This document shows, in pieces, positions 33,201 to 42,631 of a DNA stretch of 64,000 nucleotides. Each line of letters begins with the position of its first letter. The stretch's first letter is position 1. The notes beneath the pieces were generated by a model, which made no database searches, had not been told where the DNA came from, and saw nothing but the letters and a program-made list of their open reading frames with translations. The DNA lies in IMG/VR virus record IMGVR_UViG_3300002307_000041, positions 21,096 to 85,095 of that record. One strand, given 5' to 3'. The stretch is from a virus (Duplodnaviria > Caudoviricetes). The position numbers and the translations under genes are program-made.

Positions 33201-35711
33201 ACTATTTCATCTGACGCAGCGAACAAATTATATGTTGATGCCCAAGTAGCAGCATATGATCAATTAAGTGAACTTAGAGATGTTTCTATAACAACCACAA
33301 ATTCATATACAGCATCTAGTGTATCTGCGCCAAGTGGATCTGGACCATATTCTGTAATATTCACTATACCAACACAAACAACTGCTCCTACATCCGGTAT
33401 AGGATACACTGTATCTGGCAATAGTAATTCTAATTATAATGGAACATTTTCAGCAACAGCTACTAGTACAACTAGTATAACACTGAGTTATCTAACAAAT
33501 CCTGGATCTTACGGAACAGGAACTACGACACTAACAACTAGTGGAATATCGAGCGGTGATCAGTTAGCATATAACGGTACTAGTTGGATCAATGCTTCAC
33601 CATCTGGAGGTATAAGCAGCACTGTAACATCTATCGTTGTATCTCAGATTGCTAGGACTAGTAATGTAGTAACAGTAGTCACAAATAGCGCACACGGTCT
33701 TAATAATAATGATAAAATGACCATAAACAATTTGGTTATTAATAACAATAGTATTCCCGGATTTAAAGGAAGTTATAGTATAACAAAAGTTGATGCTGTG
33801 ACCTTTACCTATGTTAACTTCGGTGCAGAAATTGTTAACTTAACTGCGTTAACTGGTACTGCTACTGCAACTTCGTCTTCAGGAAACTATGTATTAATAT
33901 CTTCTACTAACAATATGTCAGTTGGCACTCCGATAACATTTAGTGGAAGTACAATAGGAAACCTATCTACTAATAATACATATTGGGTAGCATCAATTAC
34001 ATCGCAAACTACGTTGCCTGTAGCTGAGGTATCTAAATCTGGGTACGTTGTTACGGTATCAACTGGTGGATCTCCGTTTACATTAAATTCTTTCACAAGT
34101 AAATTGCTACAAGGAGATGGCACATATAGGGTAACATTTGCTATAAGTCAAAATCCTGCACCGGCCAATGGAGTAAGTTATCTGGTACTAGGAAATAGCA
34201 ATAATAGCTACAACGGTATATTCACTGCTTATAGCACTAGTACAGTTAGCATGACACTCATATATCCAGCGGATCCTGGCGTATACGGTACAGGAACTAC
34301 TACGATACAATATCTAGCCACACACGGGTTGACTACCGGACAGGTAGTTACTATATCTGGTACTGGATTAGTAGACCAAGCAAATGTTTCTATAACAGTA
34401 ACAAATGGTACACAGTTCACATATACCCAGTCTACTTCTGGAACAATAGCCGGTACGATCGTAAATGGGACAGCTACCCCCCAACCACAGATCACTTTAA
34501 GTAATACCTTAGGGGGGTCTGTAGTAACACAGACTGGCGCTATAGGATCTATGACGTTTACTGCTGCGGTAGTTGGTGCTGTGCAGATATTTTCTAATAC
34601 CATAAACAGTGGTGTTGTTGTAAACAGTATGGTTGCTGCTGGTGCGGCAATCGATCAAACAAAATTAAATCTAAACAGAGCAACTGTTGGATTAAACACA
34701 CCGTTAAGTCCTGTAACTTTTGGTGTAGCAGCATTTAGCAGTAGTTACTTTACTTCAACTAATGGTTTTATAAGCCTAGCAGCAAACAGTGTGTCGTTAA
34801 GTAATGTTGCTTCTATCGCAACAAATAATGTGTTAGGAAACATAAGTGGGATTACTTCTAATGTAAACACAGTGCCTGTTGATAGTTCTAGTAGTGCAAA
34901 TACTTTAGTATTAAGAGACAGTTCATCAAACTTTAGTGCAGGAACTATAACTGCTGCATTGAGCGGAAATGCTAGTACTGCTACTAAATTAGCATCTAGT
35001 GTAAACATAAATGGTGTAGCGTTTGATGGAAGTGGCAATATAACTGTTACTGCTGCTGCCGGCACACTTACTGGAGCAACATTAGCAAGTAATGTGTTAG
35101 CAGCTAGCTTAACTAGTGTTGGAACGCTAACTGGATTAACTGTAAGTGGTGCTATTGTTCCTAACGGTACTGGAACAATAAACCTAGGTAGTACACTTGC
35201 ATATTGGAATAATGCTTACATTAACACCCTCACTATTGGTACAACTATTGTTCCAAACGCTAACAATACACTAAACATCGGTAGTTCTTCTTATTATTGG
35301 AATACAATTTATGGTAATGCAACTTCAGCTAACTACGCTGACTTGGCTGAAAATTACGAAGGTGATCGCGAATACGATTACGGAACTGTAGTAATGATCG
35401 GTGGAGAGAAAGAAGTTACTCTAGCTACTGGATTTGGAACTACTAAAGTAGCAGGAGTTGTTTCTGAAAATCCAGCACACCTAATGAATGCAAGTTGTCC
35501 AGGAATAAAAGTTCCAGTGGCCCTACAAGGACGAGTTCCTTGTAAGGTAGTTGGTAAAATATCCAAAGGTGATCTAATGGTAGTTGGACTAGTACCTGGA
35601 GTTGCTATGGCAAGCGATGATCCAAAAGCTGGCAGCATTATTGGAAAAGCATTAGCTGATTATGATAGTGATCGCATAGGCATAATAGAGGTGCTAGTAG
35701 GTAAGCATTGA
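27240..35711 (+). CDS. Giant (2823 aa) tail-fibre or baseplate structural protein
   Basis: N-terminal GNDATGDPIRDAFTKTNENF; Thr/Ser/Gly-rich beta repeats (HGLT..G..V.ISG); C-terminal ADLAENY...GVVS..PA...VALQGRVPCKV chaperone/peptidase-like tail domain. Confidence 0.85.
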   Translation: MVKKIIDVGIVGNDATGDPIRDAFTKTNENFTELYAALGNSGGLTFTGLLQTPDTLVPNDILITNPTGTALLQKALVAGYGLSIDNTDPSRIVLTNSGATVVSDHSPALGGNLDSRANIIYNLPDPTNYDTLQSQLGLSNQDGFAISKSYGDRNYVALKGSPLVNIVNFIEGQYYAIAALGTTTNTQWNIIAGTTGVTYAVGSNFIARVVGAGYGTGTAYNAMSGYLSVPPGATVTQVPQRQEVVGRAGDTMTGPLVLSGDPAIDANPNTAATKNYVDSTAFASQADYFVSTYGDDYQPLIAENKKGRALAYSFKTIARALAAAEKSQAASGTELGPYSKEVVYTSNLQTYPSTVYAVTQVGSSIEYYLDITHSGGGTDPRKGSNPDIRSGLLFRGISSNAIAVIDYVGGISTAPNIERYNIHYIGPTRFILGENLEYGDPVKKSQITIHVESGEYYEHYPLRVSENVSLVGDEMRRVIIRPKAFISASKWANIYFRRDITFDSVSPIQLATAISVGSFTTGLTYTIASLGSTSNAQWNTIAGTVGITYIVGSSFLAADAGVGLGDGTAYCVYGYNYLTDPSRSLYNRTISNSGSFNNAQKILYANKAFITAEALGYLDNNFNAVITASDSSTNSFTCLSNTNLNIGMPIRFSPFTTYVTATSAANNHITVGSTDGLILGQPIQFSGVSLGGLVLNNTYYVLSIVDSTNITISNVYPGVIHPVLTDAGFATLTSFNATFGGISSSVTYYVLGLIGNTQFTISSTISGTTPGSIVNLTTSLVGNSTMQGKFYRADSDYATTVGNLVDAIGFDLLYGDYTKTLEFGIEFYSSPVGLVDVGYRLTQTSDLVAYIGALVNYVIAQTPVPLSYQHTASSVTQLRNFINIAESGFGTAVNGLIQLASDIVNQDVSFNFPKYNNKMDMFLLNNAAITRFFTAQGHGGFVGVLDPEGQILTKSPFIEIAASFSQSTNSQAFAGGIFVDGFSGNLSCVITQNIDTQTYSVSSSAFKIRQPQTPCSFYVKGIRFEVDYISEFDPVSGTLNLHLNSATVDNVLYTNFNTDSLLTNGLYIELIGAGNRSIVTTHFTNINDLGYGIVATNNGLIEAVSLFTYYCYRAIYAVNGAQIRSLNGSNSYGVYGITAEASDPTEIPSVTNLYYPMAQTATIYKKLGYSTSGVSGDLLVYITNYQYLPFNISELEIDHNGIVTLYQITTVKQVTDVPNVAQLTLGSNSNSIVSINISNTGLAVSVTDGQPVIVRSLQNFRFNNVLNTNPIRPSTALLFDNDFDIYRVLSYSTVGLPIQQAVLTTSTSYNYIKVLVDSNAGMTAGSGRAGDTTFYCSSNLTANEKSRLVGKLFGWGSSMHTIIGFEDTTVTGQSYCRVTIDTPLTKSLLSGQGNIPITSYSRNSSGVVTITATAHGLTSLNNVVISGTNEIDTVGLFVNITYLTPDTFSYQTSTLTPVTGTGGYISGLSQIDLRSGMDNKQNIKIANVSRNGNVAYVTTTYPHYLNTGNTVNIKGVTITSNSNPGFNATNAVITSIDDYNFSYSNSGANLASNTAITGIIYSTTAFSINSISRSNSLSISTVTTSSNHGLSIGDTVNIVNTDFVLTVSSTSSVTNAITITNSASEGGNTYTTSNTTTGLIVGMPIVFSGSGLLGTNIAVGTTYYIKTIASSNSITISATPPSGAFTTFLLATISGASGNAAAGWGFGTLNVDILTVPSTNKFTYKNAGTELSTTAFTGPSIANAYFIDPTLARVTIYISLTRCTGHDFLSIGTGGFADTNYPNNIYGASVNRNQTVNEVTEIGNGRCFYVSTDQDGNFKVGPFFSVDQGTGIVKFASSIVLTNLDGLGFKRGVAISSFNADDTMADDAIDAVPTQSAVVGYINRRLGINAVGSILTFDKIGPGFLPLDGSVPFSGTLDMSSHKIINVTSPTSDSDAANRGFVNSSIANLLSKSGGTMSGNINMGGNNLTSVGGIDMSSNKITSLASPTISSDAANKLYVDAQVAAYDQLSELRDVSITTTNSYTASSVSAPSGSGPYSVIFTIPTQTTAPTSGIGYTVSGNSNSNYNGTFSATATSTTSITLSYLTNPGSYGTGTTTLTTSGISSGDQLAYNGTSWINASPSGGISSTVTSIVVSQIARTSNVVTVVTNSAHGLNNNDKMTINNLVINNNSIPGFKGSYSITKVDAVTFTYVNFGAEIVNLTALTGTATATSSSGNYVLISSTNNMSVGTPITFSGSTIGNLSTNNTYWVASITSQTTLPVAEVSKSGYVVTVSTGGSPFTLNSFTSKLLQGDGTYRVTFAISQNPAPANGVSYLVLGNSNNSYNGIFTAYSTSTVSMTLIYPADPGVYGTGTTTIQYLATHGLTTGQVVTISGTGLVDQANVSITVTNGTQFTYTQSTSGTIAGTIVNGTATPQPQITLSNTLGGSVVTQTGAIGSMTFTAAVVGAVQIFSNTINSGVVVNSMVAAGAAIDQTKLNLNRATVGLNTPLSPVTFGVAAFSSSYFTSTNGFISLAANSVSLSNVASIATNNVLGNISGITSNVNTVPVDSSSSANTLVLRDSSSNFSAGTITAALSGNASTATKLASSVNINGVAFDGSGNITVTAAAGTLTGATLASNVLAASLTSVGTLTGLTVSGAIVPNGTGTINLGSTLAYWNNAYINTLTIGTTIVPNANNTLNIGSSSYYWNTIYGNATSANYADLAENYEGDREYDYGTVVMIGGEKEVTLATGFGTTKVAGVVSENPAHLMNASCPGIKVPVALQGRVPCKVVGKISKGDLMVVGLVPGVAMASDDPKAGSIIGKALADYDSDRIGIIEVLVGKH

Positions 35712-35743
35712 TCTACGATAAATATCAGTAAGGAGATCAATCA

Positions 35744-36478
35744 ATGGATATAGTTTATGTAAATGTTGGAAAAGTAGTAAACGACGGTACTGGGGACGAC
35801 CTCTATACCGCGTTTACTAAGATAAACAATAACTTCCAGCAAATTGATTATCAACAGCCACAAAATAACACCGCATCAAATGTAGGTGCAGGTATTGGAA
35901 TATACAAAGAAAAAATAGGTAGTGACTTAAGACTTAAATCACTATCTGCTGGTACTGGAATAAGCATAGTTTCTGAAGCTAACGATATCTTGATCTCAAG
36001 CACAGGAACTACACTAACTGTTAATGGTAATAGCGGAACTTACACATCAACTAGTGCCAACACTATCCTAAATATAGTCGGTGGTACTGCTATCAGTGTA
36101 GCAGTGAACGGTAACACTCTAACTATAAACAATACAGGAACAGTGCAAACAGATACAAATCCTAGTCTGGGTGGGAATCTAAATCTAAATGGTCATAACA
36201 TATCTGGAACAGGTACTATAACAGCTACACAATTTACTGGCCCAATTACAGGCAATGTAACAGGCAATGTAACAGGTAACTTATTAGGTAACGTAACTGG
36301 ATTAATTAATAATCAAAACATTACTAGTGTAGTTGATACAGCCAGAGGTTTTGATTTTGGTACTATTAGGAAACCAAATATATCTCCAGATATAGATTTT
36401 ATAAAATGGTTGAAGTATCATATGAATGTAGACATGGGATCGTTCGTTGATCCTACAACAAGTATAACTTTTAGCTAA
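35744..36478 (+). CDS. Baseplate/tail structural protein (T4 gp9/gp10-like N-terminus)
   Basis: VNDGTGDDLYTAFTKINNNF; GNVT repeats; P.LGGNLNLNG. Confidence 0.75.
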   Translation: MDIVYVNVGKVVNDGTGDDLYTAFTKINNNFQQIDYQQPQNNTASNVGAGIGIYKEKIGSDLRLKSLSAGTGISIVSEANDILISSTGTTLTVNGNSGTYTSTSANTILNIVGGTAISVAVNGNTLTINNTGTVQTDTNPSLGGNLNLNGHNISGTGTITATQFTGPITGNVTGNVTGNLLGNVTGLINNQNITSVVDTARGFDFGTIRKPNISPDIDFIKWLKYHMNVDMGSFVDPTTSITFS

Positions 36479-36490
36479 TGGCGGATTAAA

Positions 36491-39400
36491 ATGACCGAGA
36501 AGCCGGTATGGAATGTCAAATCTGAAACTGTTTTAACAACGGTAGATACTGGAGTAATGGTTAATATACCTTTACCGGTAATTAATCCCCCTGTTGAATT
36601 AACAGCCACCTATCCGCCATCAGCTGCGCCTGTTGAGATATATAATTTTTCATCTTATCATAAACCCAATATAAAAACAGATCGCACAGATCGATTTATA
36701 GGAAATAGTGAAGCATTCGCAGATGCTAACGATTTTTGGATTAAGAGTACAGGTTGGACCACACAAGCAGCGTTGCCTAATTCTTATCCTACTAAATTTA
36801 AAGCAGAACCAAAAGATTATGTTTTCAAACTGCCCAGGCAGAGAAATATATTAGATGCAAAAAAACCTATTAAAACTATCGGGTTTATAGGAGTAGCGAT
36901 TGATGGAGTTCCTTTCTCTTCACCTAGTTCAGAAAAAACACACAACTATAACGGTGCAATATATACAGAAAATGATATATTAAATCCCATAAATTATCCA
37001 ACCGGATTAGGTAACGGTGCTAAGTTAGTAGGACCAGATAAAGCCTACTCTTATAATTCATATCCAACGATATTAGATAATTCTAATATGTCAATCCATA
37101 GTAACATTATAGGATATGCATTTGATGGATGGCCTATATATGGACCTAGGGGATATACGAATGCCGACGGTAGTGGCGGTATATCTCTTATGACATCAAG
37201 CCATCAATTAAAAACTACTCTTAGATCAAACGGTAGCGTTCCTGATGGTACTTTTGTAGAAGATTATATATTTGTTAGCGGATCGGGATCGTTAGATGAG
37301 TACAATGGAAGAGATTGCATCACACCAGAATATCCAAACGGGGTATATGCCTATTTCGCAACAGTCAATCCTGCTAATACGATAGAACCACTTTATCCTT
37401 ATATACTAGGACCATACTATAAGAGCAAGCCTGCAAAACCAAACGGAAGCTTTGTATATCCTGGAACTATAGCTGTTCATCTAATAAGTGGACAGTTACC
37501 TCCCGGTCTGAGGCTAGAAGGAACAAGCATAGTAGGAACCACATATTCTCTCAAGACTGATACAGTTTTTAAATTTACATTACGAGCAGAAAACAGCAGC
37601 GGTATATCAGACAAGACATTGGTAATAAACATAAATGCAGTAGAAGGTATACTATGGGAAACTGCTGCTGGAACATTACCGGTTGGAAATAATAAACTTT
37701 TTCCAATACCCGTACAGTTTGATCCAAATAATATAGGACCGGATTTGGTATTGTCTGAAAAAAATCTCGTAGTAACAGCAAGTCCTTCGATACTTGAACC
37801 AACTGCGCTAGCTACATTTGCTATCGCATCTGGAACTAAAGTGATGTTTAGCGTGATAATCGACAAGGTTGTTAGTGGAGAATATACTGCTGTAGGAATT
37901 TCTAATAGAAGTGACGACTTAACAACCTATCTAGGGAACACAAATTATTCTTTAGGATTTTGGGATGATGGATCACTCATAGCCAACTCCGGAAACATTT
38001 ATTATCAACCAGGTACCTTTCCAACCATGTCCGACGGTGACATAGTCGATGTGGCAGTAGATAGACAGTCCGATTTAATATGGATCAGGATAAATGGAAA
38101 AGACTGGAACGGTGATCTAACAAGCGATCCAAGGACAGGTGCCGGCGGTATTGATATCTCTTTTATGAGGTATCAACAATATTATCCAGCAGTAAGTCCT
38201 TATAATGATGGGATTACTGCGGGGCGTATTACTATTAAATCATTGCCTAGTTATGACATCCCTCTTGGTTTTACCTTCGTTGGTGACGAAATCATAAACG
38301 ATGTTTATTATGTATTAGACAACGGTTTTGTTGATTATCAATTATCTGTAGTAGATAGGAATCTAGCACTAGCACAAGATTTAAAATTTTATATACCACC
38401 AAATGGCGGAACTTTACCGTTGGGATTATCAATTAGCGATACTGGACGTATAACCGGATTTACTAAACCTGTATTTTCTGTCAACACTAGCAGTTATAAT
38501 GGTGACTACGATATGAATACATATGATACATCTGTGTATGATTACGGATTAAAACCAAATAACGGGTTTGATAGTTTCTTATTTGATACGACTACCTACG
38601 ATTTTAATTATAATGTCAATATACCAAAAAAACTCAATAGGTATTATGAATTTATAGTGAGGGCTACTGATGGTTATTTCTACGAAGATAGAAAATTTAA
38701 AATCTATGTAGTAGGAGACGATCATTTTAGGGCAGACACTACACTAATTGATGCAGGAACCAATTTCTTTAGGGCAGATGTTACCTATCTGAGGAAACCA
38801 ATCTGGCTAACACCTAACGATTTAGGTACAAAACGAGCCAATAACTATGTAACTATCCCTACTTCAATTTATGTGTCAGATAGCATCGTTGGAGTTGTAA
38901 CATATATATTAGATAAAACAAATGACGATGGTACGATCAGCCAATTACCTATCGGTTTACAATTGGATGAGCGCACTGGGACCATATACGGTGCGATACC
39001 ATATCAGCCTGCTATATCCAAATTATATAAATTTACCATAAGAGCCTATAGATATGATCCTTCTAAAGGAGATACACAAGATACTGCTAGGACATTTACC
39101 CTAAATGTAATAGGAGATATTAAAGGAACTATTACATTTACCACTAACGGTGATCTAGGATATATAGACACAGGATTAACTAGTACCCTAAGTGTTTCTG
39201 CAAAAACTAAAGTTAAAAATGGTGTTTTAATTTATTCTCTAGCAGCAGGAAGGTTGCCGCCTGGACTCACATTATATAATGACGGTACTATACAGGGAAA
39301 AGTTAACCAGTTTGAAGAAAACAATCTATTAGGGTTAACAGCTATCGATTCTGCTGCTACTAGATTTGACGGTGGTACTACTACTATAGATAGACAATTT

Positions 39401-40339
39401 ATATTCACAGTGAGAGCAGAGGATCAACTAAAACTAAGTGCGACTACTAAGACCTTTAGTATAGAGGTACTAACTCCTGATTCAGTTCCTTATAGTAATG
39501 TATATCTAAAACCTTTATTAGATTCAGCTATGAGGATAAAAGTTCTATCATTTTTACATGACATTAATATTTTCACACCCGGATTAGTATACAGATCAAG
39601 CGATCCCAATTTTGGAGTGCAGACTTCTCTTAAAATGTTGTTGTATCCCGGAATAGAAACGGTTGAAGCTGTAAATTACGTTTCAGCATTCGGAAGAAGT
39701 TATAAAAAACAATTTAGATTGGGCGATGTTAAAAAAGCCGTTGCTAAATTGCCCGGTACAAATACTGTAGTATACGAAGTTGTATATATAGAAGTTATTG
39801 ATAACCAAGAAAATTCTAAAGGTAGTACAAGTAGTATCATAAAAATTAACGATAAGAAATATCCCATAAAAGTTAATCAAGGTAGACGGGACGCCATTGA
39901 CGACTCGTACGGAGCCGATATATCTACTATAGAAACTACTAGTGGAATTCCTAGGATCAAACCAATAGATAGAGTTATGAGTGCAGACTATGACGGTCAG
40001 CGAGCAGGAGACTCTAATAAGTCAACAGTATTTGGTAATAGCACAACCAATATGAGAAATAATTTAAGTAAAGTAGGTAGTACTGAACGTAACTATTTGC
40101 CACTATGGATGTTAACTCCCCAAGATTCTAGCGGAATAGTACAGAGTTTTACCAAAGCTATACCTCTTTGTTTTTGTATACCCGGTGGAGCTGATACTAT
40201 TTTATTAAACATAAAACATAGCGTGTTTGATTTTAAAATGATAAACTACACAATAGACAGAGCCATTATCGATAGTGTTACTGGTTATGTGGGTGATAAA
40301 TACTTAATGTTCCCAGCGAGAGAGGTTATAAATGGTTAG
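36491..40339 (+). CDS. Large baseplate-wedge-like protein with YHYH-like, SPRY/ConA-like and Ig-like (He_PIG) modules
   Basis: IGVAIDGVP...IIGYAFDGWPIYGP...LDEYNG...TPEYPNGVYAYFAT; repeated G.LPPGL.L...G.I.G; GDIVDVAVD...IWIRING. Confidence 0.75.
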   Translation: MTEKPVWNVKSETVLTTVDTGVMVNIPLPVINPPVELTATYPPSAAPVEIYNFSSYHKPNIKTDRTDRFIGNSEAFADANDFWIKSTGWTTQAALPNSYPTKFKAEPKDYVFKLPRQRNILDAKKPIKTIGFIGVAIDGVPFSSPSSEKTHNYNGAIYTENDILNPINYPTGLGNGAKLVGPDKAYSYNSYPTILDNSNMSIHSNIIGYAFDGWPIYGPRGYTNADGSGGISLMTSSHQLKTTLRSNGSVPDGTFVEDYIFVSGSGSLDEYNGRDCITPEYPNGVYAYFATVNPANTIEPLYPYILGPYYKSKPAKPNGSFVYPGTIAVHLISGQLPPGLRLEGTSIVGTTYSLKTDTVFKFTLRAENSSGISDKTLVININAVEGILWETAAGTLPVGNNKLFPIPVQFDPNNIGPDLVLSEKNLVVTASPSILEPTALATFAIASGTKVMFSVIIDKVVSGEYTAVGISNRSDDLTTYLGNTNYSLGFWDDGSLIANSGNIYYQPGTFPTMSDGDIVDVAVDRQSDLIWIRINGKDWNGDLTSDPRTGAGGIDISFMRYQQYYPAVSPYNDGITAGRITIKSLPSYDIPLGFTFVGDEIINDVYYVLDNGFVDYQLSVVDRNLALAQDLKFYIPPNGGTLPLGLSISDTGRITGFTKPVFSVNTSSYNGDYDMNTYDTSVYDYGLKPNNGFDSFLFDTTTYDFNYNVNIPKKLNRYYEFIVRATDGYFYEDRKFKIYVVGDDHFRADTTLIDAGTNFFRADVTYLRKPIWLTPNDLGTKRANNYVTIPTSIYVSDSIVGVVTYILDKTNDDGTISQLPIGLQLDERTGTIYGAIPYQPAISKLYKFTIRAYRYDPSKGDTQDTARTFTLNVIGDIKGTITFTTNGDLGYIDTGLTSTLSVSAKTKVKNGVLIYSLAAGRLPPGLTLYNDGTIQGKVNQFEENNLLGLTAIDSAATRFDGGTTTIDRQFIFTVRAEDQLKLSATTKTFSIEVLTPDSVPYSNVYLKPLLDSAMRIKVLSFLHDINIFTPGLVYRSSDPNFGVQTSLKMLLYPGIETVEAVNYVSAFGRSYKKQFRLGDVKKAVAKLPGTNTVVYEVVYIEVIDNQENSKGSTSSIIKINDKKYPIKVNQGRRDAIDDSYGADISTIETTSGIPRIKPIDRVMSADYDGQRAGDSNKSTVFGNSTTNMRNNLSKVGSTERNYLPLWMLTPQDSSGIVQSFTKAIPLCFCIPGGADTILLNIKHSVFDFKMINYTIDRAIIDSVTGYVGDKYLMFPAREVING

Positions 40340-41234
40340 TCAAATTAATTACAGCAGCATAGATGCTACATATCCAATAGCAGGAAAGGATAATGATAGC
40401 CAAGGTTTCCGTGATAATTTTGGTTATATTAAATCCGGATTAGAAATCGCACAGGGAGAGATTACTTCTTTACAAAATAATGCCGCAGTTACTTCTGGCA
40501 ATAATAATTTTAACAACAATCAGATATCAGGAGCTGTTTTTTTAAACAACAGCGATTTATTCTTCGATGGTGGTAGCATTAGTGTCAACACAGCAGTACC
40601 TTATAGTAGCGGTCCTTATCAAAAGTATACGATAGCAGGGGGTCCTCTTACGCTCAATTTATCATTTCCTACAAACAGTTCTCAAGTTTTTAAAATGAGA
40701 ATAGAGCTATTGGGTGTAGGTAGCCCATTTGCTGTAGGTTTTGGAGGAACCGGATCAACTATTATTACTAACAACTTTGCTAATCCTATATACATAACAA
40801 GCACCACTAGAGCTAGGATATTCGATATATGGACATACGATGCGGGAACAAATGTTTACATTTATGAATTAAATGATCACGAAAGCTTTTATGATAATGG
40901 AGAAGTGAGTACATCAGACACATTCCTCTATTCATCTGGAGCATATCAACAATATGTATTAACTGGAAATACTACTTTAACAGTAGGAGGATTTCCAATT
41001 TCACTAACAGCTGGAAAAATTCGATTAGAAGTATATAGCGACGGTGGAACTTATAATGCTATATTCGCAGCCGTTAACAACCTTCCATCTCCTACTGCTG
41101 GAACTATTAAAATGAGTAGCAGAGTTCCTGACCCAATCGTAATTAACAGTGATACAGATCCATTAGTTTTTGAATTTTGGTCACATGACGGTGGTGATAC
41201 TGTGTTTATGGACTGCTTGGGATATTTTTCTTAA
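40332..41234 (+). CDS. Virion structural protein
   Basis: MVSQINYSSIDATYPIAGKDNDSQGFRDNF; two internal repeated beta domains. Confidence 0.7.
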   Translation: MVSQINYSSIDATYPIAGKDNDSQGFRDNFGYIKSGLEIAQGEITSLQNNAAVTSGNNNFNNNQISGAVFLNNSDLFFDGGSISVNTAVPYSSGPYQKYTIAGGPLTLNLSFPTNSSQVFKMRIELLGVGSPFAVGFGGTGSTIITNNFANPIYITSTTRARIFDIWTYDAGTNVYIYELNDHESFYDNGEVSTSDTFLYSSGAYQQYVLTGNTTLTVGGFPISLTAGKIRLEVYSDGGTYNAIFAAVNNLPSPTAGTIKMSSRVPDPIVINSDTDPLVFEFWSHDGGDTVFMDCLGYFS

Positions 41235-41470
41235 TGCACCCGTTTGCTCCAGATCTATCTAATCTATCAGATCAAGAATTAGACAACAAGATAGTAGATC
41301 TAAGCAAAAAATATTTTCAAGCAGTGCGATTTAGTCCTAGTATTTCTCATCAAGTTGTGTTATTATTAGAGAGTTATAAGTCTGAGCAGCAGAGTAGGTT
41401 TGCTGCAAAACAGGCAAAATCTATGATAACTGGAGATGATGATTTAAATGAACTTATTAGGATCGACTAA
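41234..41470 (+). CDS. Hypothetical protein
   Basis: TAATG coupling; MHP...DLSNLSDQELDNKI. Confidence 0.7.
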   Translation: MHPFAPDLSNLSDQELDNKIVDLSKKYFQAVRFSPSISHQVVLLLESYKSEQQSRFAAKQAKSMITGDDDLNELIRID

Positions 41471-42104
41471 GACATACGAGCCAACGACAATTACGTTTAA
41501 AGTAAATTGTTTAGCCTATGTTGATAAGATGCTGCTGATAAACAAGTATAAGATCAAAGTTGGATTTTTCTATACCAAAGAGAATCAAATCTTAAGTGAA
41601 ATGGTTCTAGATCAGATAGAAGTATTTTTTAGTCTATTGATTGAAAATTGTATCATCATAGATAAAGCTGCGTATGATGCTATGCAAGAAAAATTTGAAA
41701 ACAACTTCTTTATGGTGGACGATCGTCCACACGATCAAGTAATAGCTTGTGCATTATTTTTAAAATTAGTTAGTATTGTTGGAGATAATTTATCAATAGA
41801 GTATCTCTCTCTAAGCAGCAAATTAGGTGATAAGATCTGTTATACGATCGATTCTGAATCTGAAGAAATAGCTGTTATGCTTCCAACCAAAGAAGAATGG
41901 TGGAAAGACGATATTAAACACGAACCTTGGTGGTTGAGAAAAGACACAGCTACCTACGATAAGCTAACAGATGATGGCGAAATATTTGAAGGCGAGTTTA
42001 AGTGGGAAGAAATGTTTAAAGACGAGCTCGAGGCAGCTACAAAAGCAGATACTCCAAAGTCAAAAACATTTACTATTATCTCTGGTGGGAAAGATGCAAA
42101 TTGA
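41448..42104 (+). CDS. Hypothetical protein
   Basis: 218-aa ORF in operon. Confidence 0.7.
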   Translation: MNLLGSTKTYEPTTITFKVNCLAYVDKMLLINKYKIKVGFFYTKENQILSEMVLDQIEVFFSLLIENCIIIDKAAYDAMQEKFENNFFMVDDRPHDQVIACALFLKLVSIVGDNLSIEYLSLSSKLGDKICYTIDSESEEIAVMLPTKEEWWKDDIKHEPWWLRKDTATYDKLTDDGEIFEGEFKWEEMFKDELEAATKADTPKSKTFTIISGGKDAN

Positions 42105-42621
42105 TAGACTAGGTAGGATCTCATATAGCAGCAAAGATCTGCTTGAACAGATATATCTAGGAAACATAAAAAAGATTTCTAAAGCATCAGTATCTTTAGA
42201 AGATATCGATTACGGAAAGTACTTAGAGTACTTAGAAGAAAAGGCTATCTATGATTGGCCTATTCCTCTGCCTGAAAACAAAGATGATATAGATATTGAG
42301 ACTTACGATCAGTCAAACCAACATAGTTGGCTAATGCCTGCTGAATACAAGGATTATTCAATTGCATCCTATCTATTATCTCTATGTAATACGGCAGAGG
42401 AAACTTCTAGGGTGAAACTAGAATTGGAACTATTCGAACAGCATAATATGATAGAACTGTTGTGCTATCTAAAGTTTTTAGTTGACATTATGATTAAGAA
42501 CAATGTATTATGGGGAGTAGGCAGAGGATCAAGTGTAGCTAGTTATTGCTTGTATCTTTTAGGAATACATAAAATCGATTCACTTAAATACAATTTAGAT
42601 ATAAAAGAATTCTTAAGATAG
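42094..42621 (+). CDS. dnaE: Stand-alone fragment of DNA polymerase III alpha (DnaE-like, split)
   Basis: WGVGRGSSVASYCLYLLGIHKIDSLKYNLDIKEFLR matches DnaE GRGS...ITxxDP...FERFL; ends before the catalytic PDxDxD. Confidence 0.8.
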   Translation: MQIDRLGRISYSSKDLLEQIYLGNIKKISKASVSLEDIDYGKYLEYLEEKAIYDWPIPLPENKDDIDIETYDQSNQHSWLMPAEYKDYSIASYLLSLCNTAEETSRVKLELELFEQHNMIELLCYLKFLVDIMIKNNVLWGVGRGSSVASYCLYLLGIHKIDSLKYNLDIKEFLR

Positions 42622-42631
42622 GAGAGAAAAA

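Noticed and set aside
28616-35638. Multiple minus-strand ORFs within the giant fibre gene (similar cases within clpA and 58515-60143)
   Set aside because: Antisense shadows caused by codon bias of the plus-strand gene; no promoters, SD or motifs
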